Source of the DNA: Candidatus Moanibacter sp.
Lineage (GTDB): Bacteria > Verrucomicrobiota > Verrucomicrobiia > Opitutales > UBA2987
Assembly: GCA_965215885.1 (NCBI GenBank)
Contig: CBDCEW010000090.1
Span: forward strand, 1-64,000
Reading direction: 5' to 3'
DNA: 64,000 nt
Each line of letters starts with the position of its first letter. Positions within the stretch are counted from its first letter, which is position 1. Under the pieces are notes generated by a model. That model was not told the origin of the DNA, searched no databases, and worked only from the letters and a program-made list of their open reading frames with translations. The position numbers were made by a program, and so were the translations under genes. Of this stretch, positions 40,414 through 52,500 are shown in pieces.

Positions 40414-41711
40414 TATCTAAGATTGAAGCGGGAAAGCTCCGAATTGATACTGCTCCAGTTAATGTGACGAGAATTTTCCGGGAAATTGCCCAAATCTTCT
40501 CCGCAAAAGTAGATGAGAAAGGACTGAAACTGCAAACGAACATCGATCAATCTATTCCGGCGGAACTCCTTATTGATGGCGCTCGACTCCGACAAATTCT
40601 GTTCAATCTCGTGGGCAATGCCGTCAAGTTCACCGAAGAGGGATTTGTACGCCTGGCAGTGGAAAAGAAATTCACATCGAGTGATCGCAGCAAACTGGAT
40701 TTGTCCTTCAGTGTGCAGGACACCGGCATTGGAATTAGGAAAAATGACCAGGAACGGGTTTTCGAAGCCTTCGCTCAGCAGGATAGCCGGAAATCCCAAG
40801 AGTATGAAGGGACCGGTTTGGGGTTGGCGATCACGAAGCGACTGGTCGAACTCATGGGCGGCTCCATAAGACTCGAGAGTAAAGTAAACGAGGGTACGAC
40901 TTTTGCAATTCGGCTAAAGGAAGTGGCGGCTCCATCAATTGATTCATTCGTCGAGTCTGAGAGCGCTGACAGACCCCCGGTCATTTTTGAGACGGCGTCT
41001 GTGCTCGTCGTTGAGGATAATGCGACGAATCGAGTCCTCATCCGGGAGTTGCTCGAAGAGGTTGGACTGCGTGTCCTCGAAGCCGAGAATGGGAAAATCG
41101 GATTGGAACTGGCGATTGAGAACGAACCGGAGCTTATCCTCATGGACATTTCGATGCCCGTGATGAATGGCGTAGAAGCAACTCGTCAAATTTGGAGCGT
41201 GTCCCAACTTGCCAAAACCCCGATCGTTGTTCTCACCGCGTCGATGAGAAAAGAGGACCGTGACACGGAAGACGATCCGGAATGGGACGGGTATTTGACC
41301 AAACCCATTCAACGAAACGTATTGTTTGACGAACTGAAACGATTTCTGCCCCACAGGATTGATTCCTCACAGGGGACAACGATTACGGCCGTGCCTGATG
41401 CAAAGGCAATGTCGAAGGATCAAGAGGCCTTTATCGGCGATGCGTCGCGTTTGTCCGAACTCGTGCGACGACTGGAAACAGATATGAGGACTGAGTTTGA
41501 GAATTGTTCGAAACGGCTGCGTATGACGCGAGTACAGCAGTTCGCCGAGGCGTTAAGAACGATGGGACAGGAATATCAATCTGGGATGGTGGTTCGGTTC
41601 GCGAGGAATCTTGAGCAGTCGGTCAACAATCTGGACATCGCCGAAATTAAGGAGAATTTAAAAGGGTTCCCTCCGATCGTAGAAACTCTAAAGCAACAGA
41701 TTGCTATTTGA
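40414..41711 (+). pseudogene. 5'-truncated hybrid histidine kinase (HATPase plus receiver)
   Basis: Starts at (L)SKIEAGKL at the IS end; NAVKFT, DTGIG, GTGLGL and MDISMP motifs; H-box missing. Confidence 0.88.
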
Positions 41712-41967
41712 TCAGAGAGCGTTCGTATGAACATATGGCTGGCTGGGAAAGAGCCCACCCCCGGCCCTCCTTTGGATGAGTGTCCGATTTTCGATTACGA
41801 CTATGACGATTTACGATGGCCCGATGCTTACTCGCAAGTTCCGGGTAGTGCGGCCGGTTACCCGACCGCACCCCCCGCAGACCCCGACAAGCGTGATTAG
41901 CTCGACCGGTTCCTCAGTCGTAGATCGTAGCAGTAAAAATCGGAGGGCAATTAGATCTCGAGGACGA

Positions 41968-42171
41968 TTACGATCGGGATGGATACCTGTTAGTGGTCGC
42001 ACCGTTGTTCAAAAACATCGAAGGGATCGCAGCGAGGAGTCCAAAAATGAGTCCCGCCATGAGGCCGGACGTCATCGCTTCGTAAAGGCCACGGTGGCTG
42101 GACCAGAGCAGACCCATGAAAATACCGTATGGTACTCCCGTGCTAAGAATGATTCTCAGGATTGTATTCAT
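41968..42171 (-). CDS. small hypothetical membrane protein
   Basis: Two hydrophobic stretches. Confidence 0.4.
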   Translation of the reverse strand: MNTILRIILSTGVPYGIFMGLLWSSHRGLYEAMTSGLMAGLIFGLLAAIPSMFLNNGATTNRYPSRS

Positions 42172-42489
42172 GATTTTTACATTTCCTTTAAGAATTATCC
42201 GTGCCAATTTTGAAAACATCGTTAAATGATTGTGACACAAAGATATAGAGATTTCATTCTCATACACATTGCATTGCGCTCATTGCAGAGGCATTGCGTC
42301 TGTGTTGCGATCGCTTGTCGTCCCGTGAAGTTTACGTGGTCCCAACCCGGTATTTGCCTTGACTTAGACTTTCTTCGAGTTGCTAAGATATGGGAGTTCA
42401 TGGACTTGTGACAGAAGAGGGTTTTGCCTGAATTGTCCCGGCTCGAGTTGGGAAGGGTCCGTGACTGAATAAAAAGCAGGAGTTAAGAC

Positions 42490-42872
42490 ATGGCGGGACC
42501 GAGTTCAGTTCTACTGGTTGACGACGAAGCGCATATCAGGTTGTACCTCAAGGCGCTCCTTAAGCGGTTGGGAGTAGAGACATTCTATGAGGCTTCGGAT
42601 GGGGAGCCCGCAATCGCTTTGTATGAGCAGGAGAAACCTGATTTGGTACTCCTGGATGTGAATATCCCGGCATGGACGGGTTGGAAGTCCTGGAGAGAAT
42701 CACCGCGAAGGATCCCGATGCTGTCGTAATCATGCTTACTGCGCAGGCCTCGAGAAAGGTAGTGGAGAGAAGCAGCGAAGGAGGAGCGCGACAGTATATC
42801 CGCAAGGATTCCCTCAAGGAAGAAATGATCAAGATTCTCGAAGAGACCTTTGCCGATATCTGGGGCGATTGA
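42490..42872 (+). pseudogene. CheY-like response regulator with a 1-bp frameshift near 42665 (real or sequencing error)
   Basis: VLLVDDE...PDLVLLDVN / MDGLEVL...VIMLTA...YIRK. Confidence 0.8.
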
Positions 42873-42903
42873 GAGTGTATTGAGGACACGAAATACCATC
42901 AAA

Positions 42904-43110
42904 ATGAGCAAAGAAGAATCAACCGAATTGAAGGCAGATAGTTCACCGGGATCATTGCGTGAAGTGAGGTATTCTCTGAAGGAGCTCTTACAGAAGATGG
43001 AGCATGAGCGCACCGATTCGATGATAGCCAGGGAGATCGTAGATCAGTCAGAGATCTCTGATCTTTTTAAGAGCAAGTCCACCAAGAGAGGTTCAAGTGA
43101 AAAGAAATAA
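42904..43110 (+). CDS. small hypothetical protein
   Basis: 68-aa ORF overlapping the ATPase start. Confidence 0.55.
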   Translation: MSKEESTELKADSSPGSLREVRYSLKELLQKMEHERTDSMIAREIVDQSEISDLFKSKSTKRGSSEKK

Positions 43111-44803
43111 GGAATTTCTTGGGCTTCTTCTTGAGGAAGTGCCGTCCTCGTCGGCTAAGGAGGAAATCGAGCAGGTTCTCGATACCCATGAAGGCTTTAC
43201 TCTCGAAATGCTGGAACGCCTTATCTCGAGCGAGATTGTTTCAAAGGAAGTTGCGTGCAGGGTTTGGGGTAAGTCCATTGGGCATGCCTACGTCGATCCT
43301 ATCGTAACCATCACTACCGCTGAGGCGCTCGAAAAAGTGCCGCTCGATATCGCGCGAAAAGGGCGAGTGCTTGGACTCTACGTGATCGACAATGTCATGA
43401 CCGTTGCGACGGCAGAACCGGACGATGAGGACCTGTTGAAGAATCTTCGAAATATCGCTCAAATCGAGTTAAGTCCTGTTTTCGCTCTTCCTTCTGAGAT
43501 CGCTGATGCGATCGAAATTCATTACTCAACAGAGCTGTCGATAATCGAGTCGATCAAAGACTTCGAGAAAAAGGAGGGCAATCTCCTTGCGAAGCTTTCC
43601 CAGGAAGATCTCGCATCACTGAGCGAGTCCGAGTCGCTCATCAAAGTGCTCGATGCTCTATTGTATTTCGGAATTAAGCAGAATGCCTCGGATATTCATA
43701 TCGAACCTCGCGATAATGATTGCCGGGTGAGATTTCGTATCGACGGTAGGATGCAGGAGATCATTCAGATTTCCTCTACCGTTCATCCCGCCATCGTCTG
43801 CCGGCTCAAAGTAATGTCGCGGGTCGACGTCGTCGAATCTCGATTTCCTCAAGATGGTAGTTTCTCGCTAACGCTGGGAACAAACAGAGCCGATTTTCGT
43901 GCCTCCTTCATTCCTTCATCCCATGGCAACAATGTCGTGTTGAGGATACTACCGATGTCCGGAAAGAAGGAGATAATCTCTCTCGACGGCATGCTGGTTT
44001 CTCAAGATGTCCTTCGACCATTCCGCCGCCTGATCAAGAGCCCGAATGGCATCATTTTCGTCACGGGACCCACCGGGTCCGGGAAAACGACTACCCTGTA
44101 TGCCGCGCTTCATGAAATTGCCAAGCCTGAGATCAAGGTCGCTACGATTGAGGATCCGGTCGAAGTGCGTATGGATGGGATTGTACAGTCGCAGGTAAAT
44201 TCTTACATAGATTTGACTTTCGCACTGATCATGCGGTCGATTCTGCGCCAGGACCCCGACGTCATTCTGGTGGGTGAGATTCGCGATCACGAAACGGCGA
44301 AAATCGCAACCGAAGCGGCCCTCACTGGACACCTCGTCCTTTCGTCTCTGCACACAAATACCGCCATACAGGCGATCCTGCGGCTCGTGGAAATTGGAAT
44401 CGAACCGTTCCTCGTCGCCCCATCGATAATTGGGGTGATTGGCCAGAGATTGGCCGGCCGTATCTGCGACCATTGTAAGATCAGCTACAAACCCTCTCAG
44501 GCAGTCCTCAACCGATTTTTCTACGATTCAGCCGAGGCCGATGTTAGCTTCTATCGAGGATCGGGTTGCAGTTACTGCCGTGAGTCGGGATATCGGGGCC
44601 GCATCGCGTTTCATGAGCTTGTCGTCGTCACGGAAGAGATGCGAAATCTTATTTCTCGGAATGCAGGGCTTCAGGAATTGAAAGAAGCAGCGGAGGCGGT
44701 TGGCTATAAGTCGTTGCGTTATGATGGATTGCTTAAGGTGCTGCTTGGAATGACGACAGTCGAAGAGATTGAGAAACATACGTCCCTGGAGTGGTCGCAA
44801 TAA
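43097..44803 (+). CDS. GspE/PilB-family secretion/pilus assembly ATPase
   Basis: ASDIHIEP, GPTGSGKTT, TIEDPVE, LRQDPDVILVGEIRD and two CxxC motifs. Confidence 0.93.
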   Translation: MKRNKEFLGLLLEEVPSSSAKEEIEQVLDTHEGFTLEMLERLISSEIVSKEVACRVWGKSIGHAYVDPIVTITTAEALEKVPLDIARKGRVLGLYVIDNVMTVATAEPDDEDLLKNLRNIAQIELSPVFALPSEIADAIEIHYSTELSIIESIKDFEKKEGNLLAKLSQEDLASLSESESLIKVLDALLYFGIKQNASDIHIEPRDNDCRVRFRIDGRMQEIIQISSTVHPAIVCRLKVMSRVDVVESRFPQDGSFSLTLGTNRADFRASFIPSSHGNNVVLRILPMSGKKEIISLDGMLVSQDVLRPFRRLIKSPNGIIFVTGPTGSGKTTTLYAALHEIAKPEIKVATIEDPVEVRMDGIVQSQVNSYIDLTFALIMRSILRQDPDVILVGEIRDHETAKIATEAALTGHLVLSSLHTNTAIQAILRLVEIGIEPFLVAPSIIGVIGQRLAGRICDHCKISYKPSQAVLNRFFYDSAEADVSFYRGSGCSYCRESGYRGRIAFHELVVVTEEMRNLISRNAGLQELKEAAEAVGYKSLRYDGLLKVLLGMTTVEEIEKHTSLEWSQ

Positions 44804-44926
44804 TCTCACGGATTTGTAATCGATTGAGGAATCATTCGTAACGTTTTCGGCAGAGCCCTCTCAGGCGGAATAGAGACTGAGGATGGTCTTGCCAGTCACT
44901 TCTCGAATTTTTGAAACAATAGGTCT

Positions 44927-45343
44927 ATGGGCAGTAACGATTCGCAACTATCTGAAAAGAAGCTGATTTTGATTGCGGAGGATTATCCTCAGAATATGCT
45001 CCAAGCGGTGAGCGTGACAAGGCGTCTCGGATACCAAGTTGAGGAGGCTGGTAACGGACGCGAAGCATATCAAAAGTCAGTGGAGAGGCACCCCTTTCTC
45101 GTCTTGATGGATATACTCATGCCGACCATGGATGGCTTGACCAGCATAAAGGTGCTAAAGGCCAATCCGGAAACGAGAGATATTCCAATTATTGTTTTGA
45201 CTTCTCTCGGCGCCGACGGCGACTGCGAAAAGTGTCTCCAGGCTGGAGCCGATGGATATTTGAAGAAACCGATAAAGGAAGGGGAGCTCAGAGCCAAGAT
45301 TTCAGAAATAACAGGAAGGGAGGATCCAAAGCGCGATGTATAA
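44927..45343 (+). CDS. single-domain response regulator
   Basis: ILIAED, MDILMPTMDG, IIVLTS and KP motifs. Confidence 0.9.
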   Translation: MGSNDSQLSEKKLILIAEDYPQNMLQAVSVTRRLGYQVEEAGNGREAYQKSVERHPFLVLMDILMPTMDGLTSIKVLKANPETRDIPIIVLTSLGADGDCEKCLQAGADGYLKKPIKEGELRAKISEITGREDPKRDV

Positions 45344-46136
45344 GGTAAGTACCCTGTATCTCGACCTGAGTGCCGGTAAGGCATCGGAGGATCTTAGCAG
45401 GAAGGAATTCGAAAGCGTGGAAGACAGGGAGCTACTGGATTATCTGGAGAAGTTTGTTCAAATTCGCCTTTCTTCGGATGCTTCTTTCACCCCAATTCTG
45501 CAAGTCACTTCGACGTCCGGAGTATTTCGGATCGAAAGGAGCAATGGAATGCTCCTTGTCTCCAATACGAGTGACCCAAACCTGATAAATATTGAAGCTT
45601 CGCCGGATGAGGCATTCAAAATCGTTACCGGCGTTGATTCCGCTCCGTCGGTTGAATTATCAGAACGGCGTGCCGAGAGTAGCTTCACCAGAGCCTATTT
45701 AGTTCCCATCGTCGTGCTGGCCGTTCTTCTGGGGATCGGAGCGGCGATTGGAAACCGGGTGATGAGGAAAGAAGAACCGTTGTTTCCGAAAGTTGATACT
45801 CCTGAAATCATTGACAGCGTTCGCATCAGCGAGTTGGAGGAAGAGTTTACGGGCGTGTTTGTTACCGGTAGGTCCACGGGGGACAGGATCATCGCTCTTT
45901 CACAGAATGGAAGAGTTGAGTTCCTGGAGTTTGTGGATTCGTTATCAGATGGGAAACCGGCCGGGGTAATGAACGCGAGGCGAAGCTACACATTCGCTGA
46001 GAAGCGCGATCGCCTCTTTGCGGTCGCCGATGGGATACACGTAATCAACTTGCTGCAGGCCGGTGAGATCGAATACTACGAGGATCGATACGAACGATTT
46101 CCGGGTTCGATCGACGCTCTCTTGGGGGAAGAGTAG
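45336..46136 (+). CDS. hypothetical single-TM protein
   Basis: 266-aa ORF with a central hydrophobic helix. Confidence 0.75.
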   Translation: MYKVSTLYLDLSAGKASEDLSRKEFESVEDRELLDYLEKFVQIRLSSDASFTPILQVTSTSGVFRIERSNGMLLVSNTSDPNLINIEASPDEAFKIVTGVDSAPSVELSERRAESSFTRAYLVPIVVLAVLLGIGAAIGNRVMRKEEPLFPKVDTPEIIDSVRISELEEEFTGVFVTGRSTGDRIIALSQNGRVEFLEFVDSLSDGKPAGVMNARRSYTFAEKRDRLFAVADGIHVINLLQAGEIEYYEDRYERFPGSIDALLGEE

Positions 46137-46155
46137 GAATCAGCCCGATGGCGGA

Positions 46156-46671
46156 CTAGTCATCACCTCCGAGGCTGATGCTCCCAAGAATATATAAGGG
46201 CTGATGCTCAAAGCCAAGACGGAAGCTACCGGTCGAAAGAACTCCGTCGTCGATAATCGAATCGATCTCTCTGAGTTGCGTACGGGAAGCCATGATTCCG
46301 TTATCCAATGTTTGGCGAATTACAATAACTGCTTCGAATAGTTCGCCCCGATTATAGGAGTAGTTCCTCCACACGTAATTTCCGTCGATCGGAGTTCTCC
46401 GAGACCAACTCGTTTCACCCAGGAACCCTTCCATTCCTTCCGGAATCGTTCCGCCTCGGGGAGTTCTGCTGGGCCATTGCCCATTTTCAAGTTCGAACCG
46501 TTGGAAGGCGCCCCCGAAGACGCGCAAATCATTGCCTACGATCGAATTCTGGCTGGACCGCATGATCTGACGAAATCCCGGTATAGCGAGAGCGCCGAGG
46601 ATGCCAATGATGAGTCCGACGACGGAAAGCTCAATAAGTGTGAATCCGCGGTTATTTCGGAATCGACTCAT
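46156..46671 (-). CDS. type IV pilin/pseudopilin-like protein
   Basis: Prepilin cleavage/methylation motif RG|FTLIELSVVGLIIGILGALAIP. Confidence 0.9.
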   Translation of the reverse strand: MSRFRNNRGFTLIELSVVGLIIGILGALAIPGFRQIMRSSQNSIVGNDLRVFGGAFQRFELENGQWPSRTPRGGTIPEGMEGFLGETSWSRRTPIDGNYVWRNYSYNRGELFEAVIVIRQTLDNGIMASRTQLREIDSIIDDGVLSTGSFRLGFEHQPLYILGSISLGGDD

Positions 46672-48193
46672 GTATTCTGTAGCTGAGTTAGAAGGTTGGA
46701 TGAATACTTTAGATAAATCGAGCCTTTTGTTCACTTGCCAGATAGCAGCCATCCAGTTAAGAGATTGGGAGACAGATCAAATTTTTCGTGAAGTTGGCCG
46801 ATGCTCCTTCTTTTCCCAGGCTTTCTAATCGTTGAATTTGGTGAACGACACCCTAAAAGACTATTCTATTCGTCTTTCTCAGATGGAACCACTAAGGCTT
46901 GATCCCATACTGCGAAAAATGGAACTTAGGCATTTTCCTTCACGCTAAACACGTTTTGCAAAAGGACAGAAATGATCAAGTTCAAGCAATGAACAAAAAA
47001 AACCAAAATAAGCTCGAGATAGAATTCGCGGAAAAGGACGCGGAGCTCAAACAGCTAAAATCGGAGTTGGCGGCGAGCGTCGCGCTGCAAAAGAAAGCGG
47101 AGGACGCTCAGAAGTTCAGCCAGCAGTGCCTCGATCTCGCTCTCAAACATGGAAACGTCTCCTATTGGAACATTGGGTTGGACTACGGCCATTTCGAATT
47201 CAGCGAGCGCTATGCTGAGACGTTCGATTTCGCGCTTGAGGCACTGCCTGACGCCCGGCGCGTCCAAGAGCGGTGGTACGAGTCGATGCACGAGGAGGAT
47301 CGCGAGGCGGTGCGGGAAACGTTCCGCAAGATGGATGAAGAGCGTCGCGATGGCTGTCAGTGGTCGGCACGTTTCCGTCGTTTATCGGGTGATTGGAGAT
47401 ACATCGATGCTTACGAAATTGTAGTGGCTAGAGACGAAGGAGGAAAAAGGTCTCATATGGCCGGCATCGGGTTTGACGTCACGGAACAAAAACGTGCGGA
47501 GGATGAAGCCTTGCAGGCCCAGGAGGCATTGCGGAAAGGTGAGGAACAGCAGCGGGTAATCATGAACGCAATTGGCGATCTTGTTGACCAGATTACTCCG
47601 TCCGGAGAGGTCATATACGCCAACGAACCATGCCTGAATTTCTATAGGAGAGCCGGTCTGAAGAAGGACGAGATTATCAATGGGTCCGTCTTTGATTTAG
47701 TGCCTGAGGATCACGCCGAAAAGATACGCGAAAAGATAGCGGGATGCAATCCAGAGAATCCTGTTTGGGCGCATGAGCACGAATTTTTGGACGGAGACGG
47801 GGAAGCCCATCATATGCTTTGGAAAGACCAGGCGCTTTTTGACGAGCAAGGTAACTTGTCGAGCATCGTGGGAACTGGGAGGGATATTACTGGGGAAAAG
47901 AAGGCGGAGTTGGCGATAAAAAGGGCGCAGGAGGCATTGCGGAAAAGTGAGGAACAGCACCGCATAATAATGGATGCGGTGGCCGATCCAATTGACCAGA
48001 TTACCCCATCGGGGGATATCATCTTCTCCAACAAAGCTTACCTGAAATTTTACGGAAAATCAGGAATCGAGAGAGACGAAATCATTGGAGCGAACATCTT
48101 CGATTTAGTGCCCCCGGAGCATGTCGATACCATTCGCGAGAAAATTGCCGAGCTTAGTCTGGAGACTCCAATCTTTGAACACAAAGAGGAATT

Positions 48194-49539
48194 CACTACT
48201 GTCCGGTTGTTTTTCTAGGAACGCAGGTTAATCGATTGATAACCAACATTTTACATATGATTTCTGCTGTTTTCGACTTGAAATTGCAAAAAGCCTTGTG
48301 GACTCTCAAAAATTTCGAGGGTCCAAATCATGTATACAGGTCGATTCGTTTTTTCTCAAATCATAGATTATCTTCCGCGCCATCAGTTCCATCGTTGCGT
48401 CCAACGCTACGGAGGCGACTACAAAGTTCAAAAGTTCAGTTGCTTCGAACAATTTCTCTGCATGGGTTTTGCCGAGTTGACCTACCGGGAGAGTCTGCGC
48501 GACATCGAAACCTGCCTGCGGGCAGTACAACCAAAACTATACCACGCAGGGATTCGAAGCGGAGTATCCAAAAGCACGCTCGCCGATGCCAACGAGAAAC
48601 GAGACTGGCGCATCTACGCCGACTTTGCACAGGTCCTCATCGCAATGGCTCGTCCTTTGTATTCAAACGAGGATCTGGGCATCGACCTGGACAATACGCT
48701 CTACGCTCTGGACTCCACCACGATCGATCTATGTCTATCACTCTTCCCGTGGGCACGTTTCCGCAAGCACAAGGGGGCGGTGAAGGTCCATACGCTTCTC
48801 GATCTCAGAGGCTCTATCCCTTATTTTATCGAGATTACCGATGGAAAAGTTCACGACGTAAACATTCTGGATCTCATCATCCCCGAGGCCATTCTGGATC
48901 TCATCATCCCCGAGGCCGGTGCTTACTATGTAATGGACCGAGCCTATCTGCATTACGAGCGCCTCTATCGGATCGCACAATGCGGTTCTTTCTTCGTCAC
49001 ACGCGCCCGCCGCGGCTTTCAGTTTCGCCGCCTCTACTCTCAAAAGGTCGACAAATCAACCGGTCTGCGTTCGGACCAGACCGTTGCCCTGGTCAGCTTC
49101 TATCCTGCCAAGGCCTACCCCGAAAGACTCCGGCGTATCACTTACCTCGATCCCGACAGTTCCGAGCGCTTCGTGTTTCTCACCAACCAGTTTGCCCTCC
49201 CAGCCATAATCATCACCCAGATTTACCGTTTACGCTGGCAGATCGAATTGTTCTTCAAATGGATCAAACAGCACTTGCGCATCAAGAGCTTTTTCGGCAC
49301 CTCCGAGAATGCTGTGAAGACTCAAATCTGGATTGCCGTCAGCGTCTATGTGCTCATCGCCATCATCCGCAAACGCCTTCGCCTGGAGATCAGTTTGCAC
49401 AAAATCCTACAGATTCTCAGCTTCACCCTATTTGAGAAAACTCCTATGACTGAACTACTTACAGAAACCGATTACACTTTCAATGAACACCGCATTCCTA
49501 AACAGTTGGAGTTGTTTGACTTATAACCGGACAGTACTG
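48194..49539 (+). mobile_element. IS4-family copy 2 (1,346 bp, 27-bp internal duplication)
   Basis: Same IRs; TSD agaggaatt at 48185-48193 and 49540-49548. Confidence 0.93.
48330..49526 (+). CDS. IS4 transposase, 398 aa
   Basis: As copy 1 but with ILDLIIPEA duplicated. Confidence 0.88.
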   Translation: MYTGRFVFSQIIDYLPRHQFHRCVQRYGGDYKVQKFSCFEQFLCMGFAELTYRESLRDIETCLRAVQPKLYHAGIRSGVSKSTLADANEKRDWRIYADFAQVLIAMARPLYSNEDLGIDLDNTLYALDSTTIDLCLSLFPWARFRKHKGAVKVHTLLDLRGSIPYFIEITDGKVHDVNILDLIIPEAILDLIIPEAGAYYVMDRAYLHYERLYRIAQCGSFFVTRARRGFQFRRLYSQKVDKSTGLRSDQTVALVSFYPAKAYPERLRRITYLDPDSSERFVFLTNQFALPAIIITQIYRLRWQIELFFKWIKQHLRIKSFFGTSENAVKTQIWIAVSVYVLIAIIRKRLRLEISLHKILQILSFTLFEKTPMTELLTETDYTFNEHRIPKQLELFDL

Positions 49540-52500
49540 AGAGGAATTTACAAATGAGGAAGGAGAGGAATTCCACCTGTTCTGGAGAGATCAGGGCTTG
49601 TTTGACGAAGATGGAATCCTGACGGGCATCGTGGCAGTTGGGAGGGATTTCACCGCTGAAAAGAAAGCGGAAGCGGAGATAAAGTGGGCACAGGATGCTC
49701 TGCGCAAGAGCGAAGAGCAGTATCGCCTCGTCGTTGAATCGCAGTCTGAAATGATCAATCAGTTCAGGCCGGATGGGGAGATAATTTTCCTTAACAACAA
49801 CTACCGCAACTTTGTCGAGCGAGTCTGGGGCTACCATAAAGTAACTACCGGTATCAATCTTTTCGGAGTCGTCGATGAGAATACGGGTACGTGGATCAAG
49901 CGGGAAATCGGAATACTTAAGACGGAGGAAGATCGGTGGGAGCATGAGGAATGCATTCGTGATTTAGATGGGATAGAGATTTTCGTCCGATGGGAAAACA
50001 AGGCCCTGTTCGACGAAGAAGGCAGGGTAACTTCGTTTCTTAGCGTTGGTCGCGATGTTACGTTGGAGCGGAAAGCCGAAGAAAAAATCAGGGAAGTCCA
50101 GGAGGCCCTTCGGAAGAGAGAGCAACAGCACCGCGTGATCATGGACGGAATTCCCGACATGATTGACCAGGTAACTCCAGAAGGAGAGATTATCTATTCC
50201 AATAGATCACGACGGGAATTTCTGAGAGATGCCGGAGTGGAAGAGAGTGGCGGTGTAGGAGCGAATATTTTTGACCACATGGCCTCCGAGGATGCGATTG
50301 AACTTCGCGAAAACTTCGAGAACTTCGATCCGGAGCATCCAATCTCTCAGCATGAAATGATATTTATCGGCGCAAACGGTCAGAAATATCACCTCCGATG
50401 GAGAAATCAGGCGCTGTTTGATGACGACGGAAAGGTCTCGAGCGTTGTCGGAATCGGGCGGGACTTTACCTCGGAAAAGCGAGCGGAAGGAGAAATCAGA
50501 CGGGTTCAGGAGGCACTCAGCCAGCGCGAAGCCCAATACCGGCTCGTTGTCGAATCACAGTCGGAGATAATCAATCAATTCGAACCCTCAGGAGAGATTA
50601 TATTCTGTAACAAGAATTACGAAGACTACTTTGAGAGGTCGTGGACATCGGAAAAGGGACGGATCGGGTCGAACTTGTTCGAAAATGTGGATAAAGATAC
50701 CGCCGATCTAATAAAAAGGGAACTCTCCAAACTGAAAACAGAAGATGACCGGTGGGTGTATGAAGAACGCAATAAAGAAAGTGACGATAGAGAGATCTTG
50801 GTGCATTGGGAGAATAAGGCGCTCTTTGATGCCGACGGCAAAGTATGGAGTTATCTGAGTGTTGGCCGCGATATCACAGAAGCCAAGTTAGCCGAGCAGA
50901 AAATACTGAGAACGCAAGAAGCGCTTCGCCAGAGTGAGGAGCGAAACCGGCTGATTCTCGACCGTGCCTTCGCCGCTGTTGTCAGTATGGACCTGGAAGG
51001 AAGGATCACGGCCTGGAATTTTCGCGCCGAAGAAACGTTTGGTTGGTCGAAGGATGAAGCAATCGGTCGATTGGTAGGAGAGACGATTATACCGGTTCGT
51101 TACAGGGAAAGACACAGGAAGGGCTTGGAGTTGTAATTGAGGACAGGCAAATCGAGAATAATTGATAACGTCATCGAGATAGAGGCACTACATCGTGATG
51201 GGCACGAATTTCCGGTCGATATCGCCATTACCCATATCCAACTTCCAGGCGGTAGACTATTTACAGCGTTTATTCGCGACATCTCGGACCGAAAGAAGGC
51301 CGAGGAGGCGCTTCGGAAACAGGAAGAGCGCTTCCGTCTGCTTGTGCAGAATTCCACGGATCTTGTTGTTATTCTGGATGAAAATCTCAAGCGGCGATAC
51401 GTAAGCCCCTCCTTCGGACGAATCACTGGATTCAAGCCCGAAGAAACAATCGGAAGCGATGGGTTGGGTTTTGTCCATCCCGAGGATCGACCACGCCTCC
51501 AGGCGGAGTACGCGAAGAGTCGTAAGGATCCGGAGTATATTGTCAGGGCGGACTATCGATTGCGCCATGCCGATGGATCGTGGGTTTATATGGAGGGAAT
51601 TGCTACGAATCTCTTGAGCGAGCCCAGTGTGAACGGATTCGTTGTGAACAGTCGCGATGTCTCAGAGCGAAAGCGGTCAGAAGAAGAGTTGCGAAAAGCC
51701 AAAGAAGCGGCCGAGTCGGCAACGCGCGCCAAGAGCGAATTCCTGGCCAACATGAGTCATGAAATTCGGACGTCGATGAATGCAATTCTGGGATTTTCGG
51801 AGTTACTCGAACGGAAAATCGAAGACGCGAGTCTGAAGCATTATCTGGACTCGATATCATCAAGTGGAAGGACGCTTCTCGGTTTGATTAACGACCTGCT
51901 CGATCTTTCAAAAATCGAGGCCGGGAAGTTGAACATAGAGTGGGAGCCGGTTAATGTGGGCACCGTGTTTGAGGAGATCAGGGACATTTTTGAGTTACGA
52001 ACAAAGGAGAAGAATCTGGATCTATTTCTGGACATTGATGCGGCGCTCCCGAGTTGGATTCTGCTCGACGAAGTGCGCGTGCGGCAGGTGCTTTTCAACC
52101 TCGTTGGAAACGCGATAAAATTCACGGAATCCGGTCATGTTCGATTACTCGTGGAAAAAGCTTATGATGAAGTAGACGAGAGTAAGCTGGATTTGAGCTT
52201 TTCAGTCGAAGATACGGGTGTAGGCATCAAGGCAGAAGAACAGGATCGAATCTTTGAGGAATTTGAACAGCAGAGCGGACAGAGTTCGCGAATCTTCGGC
52301 GGAACGGGACTGGGCCTGTCGATTACGAAACGGCTTGTGAATTTAATGGGTGGAACGATCGAGGTAGAGAGTGAAGTAGGGAAGGGGACAACGGTAAAAG
52401 TTGTATTGAAGGACCTCGAGGTGGCATCTGTAGACGAAGATGCGAGAAAGACGGATGATGAGGACTTCGAAGAGGTGATTTTTGATCCTGCTACCGTGCT

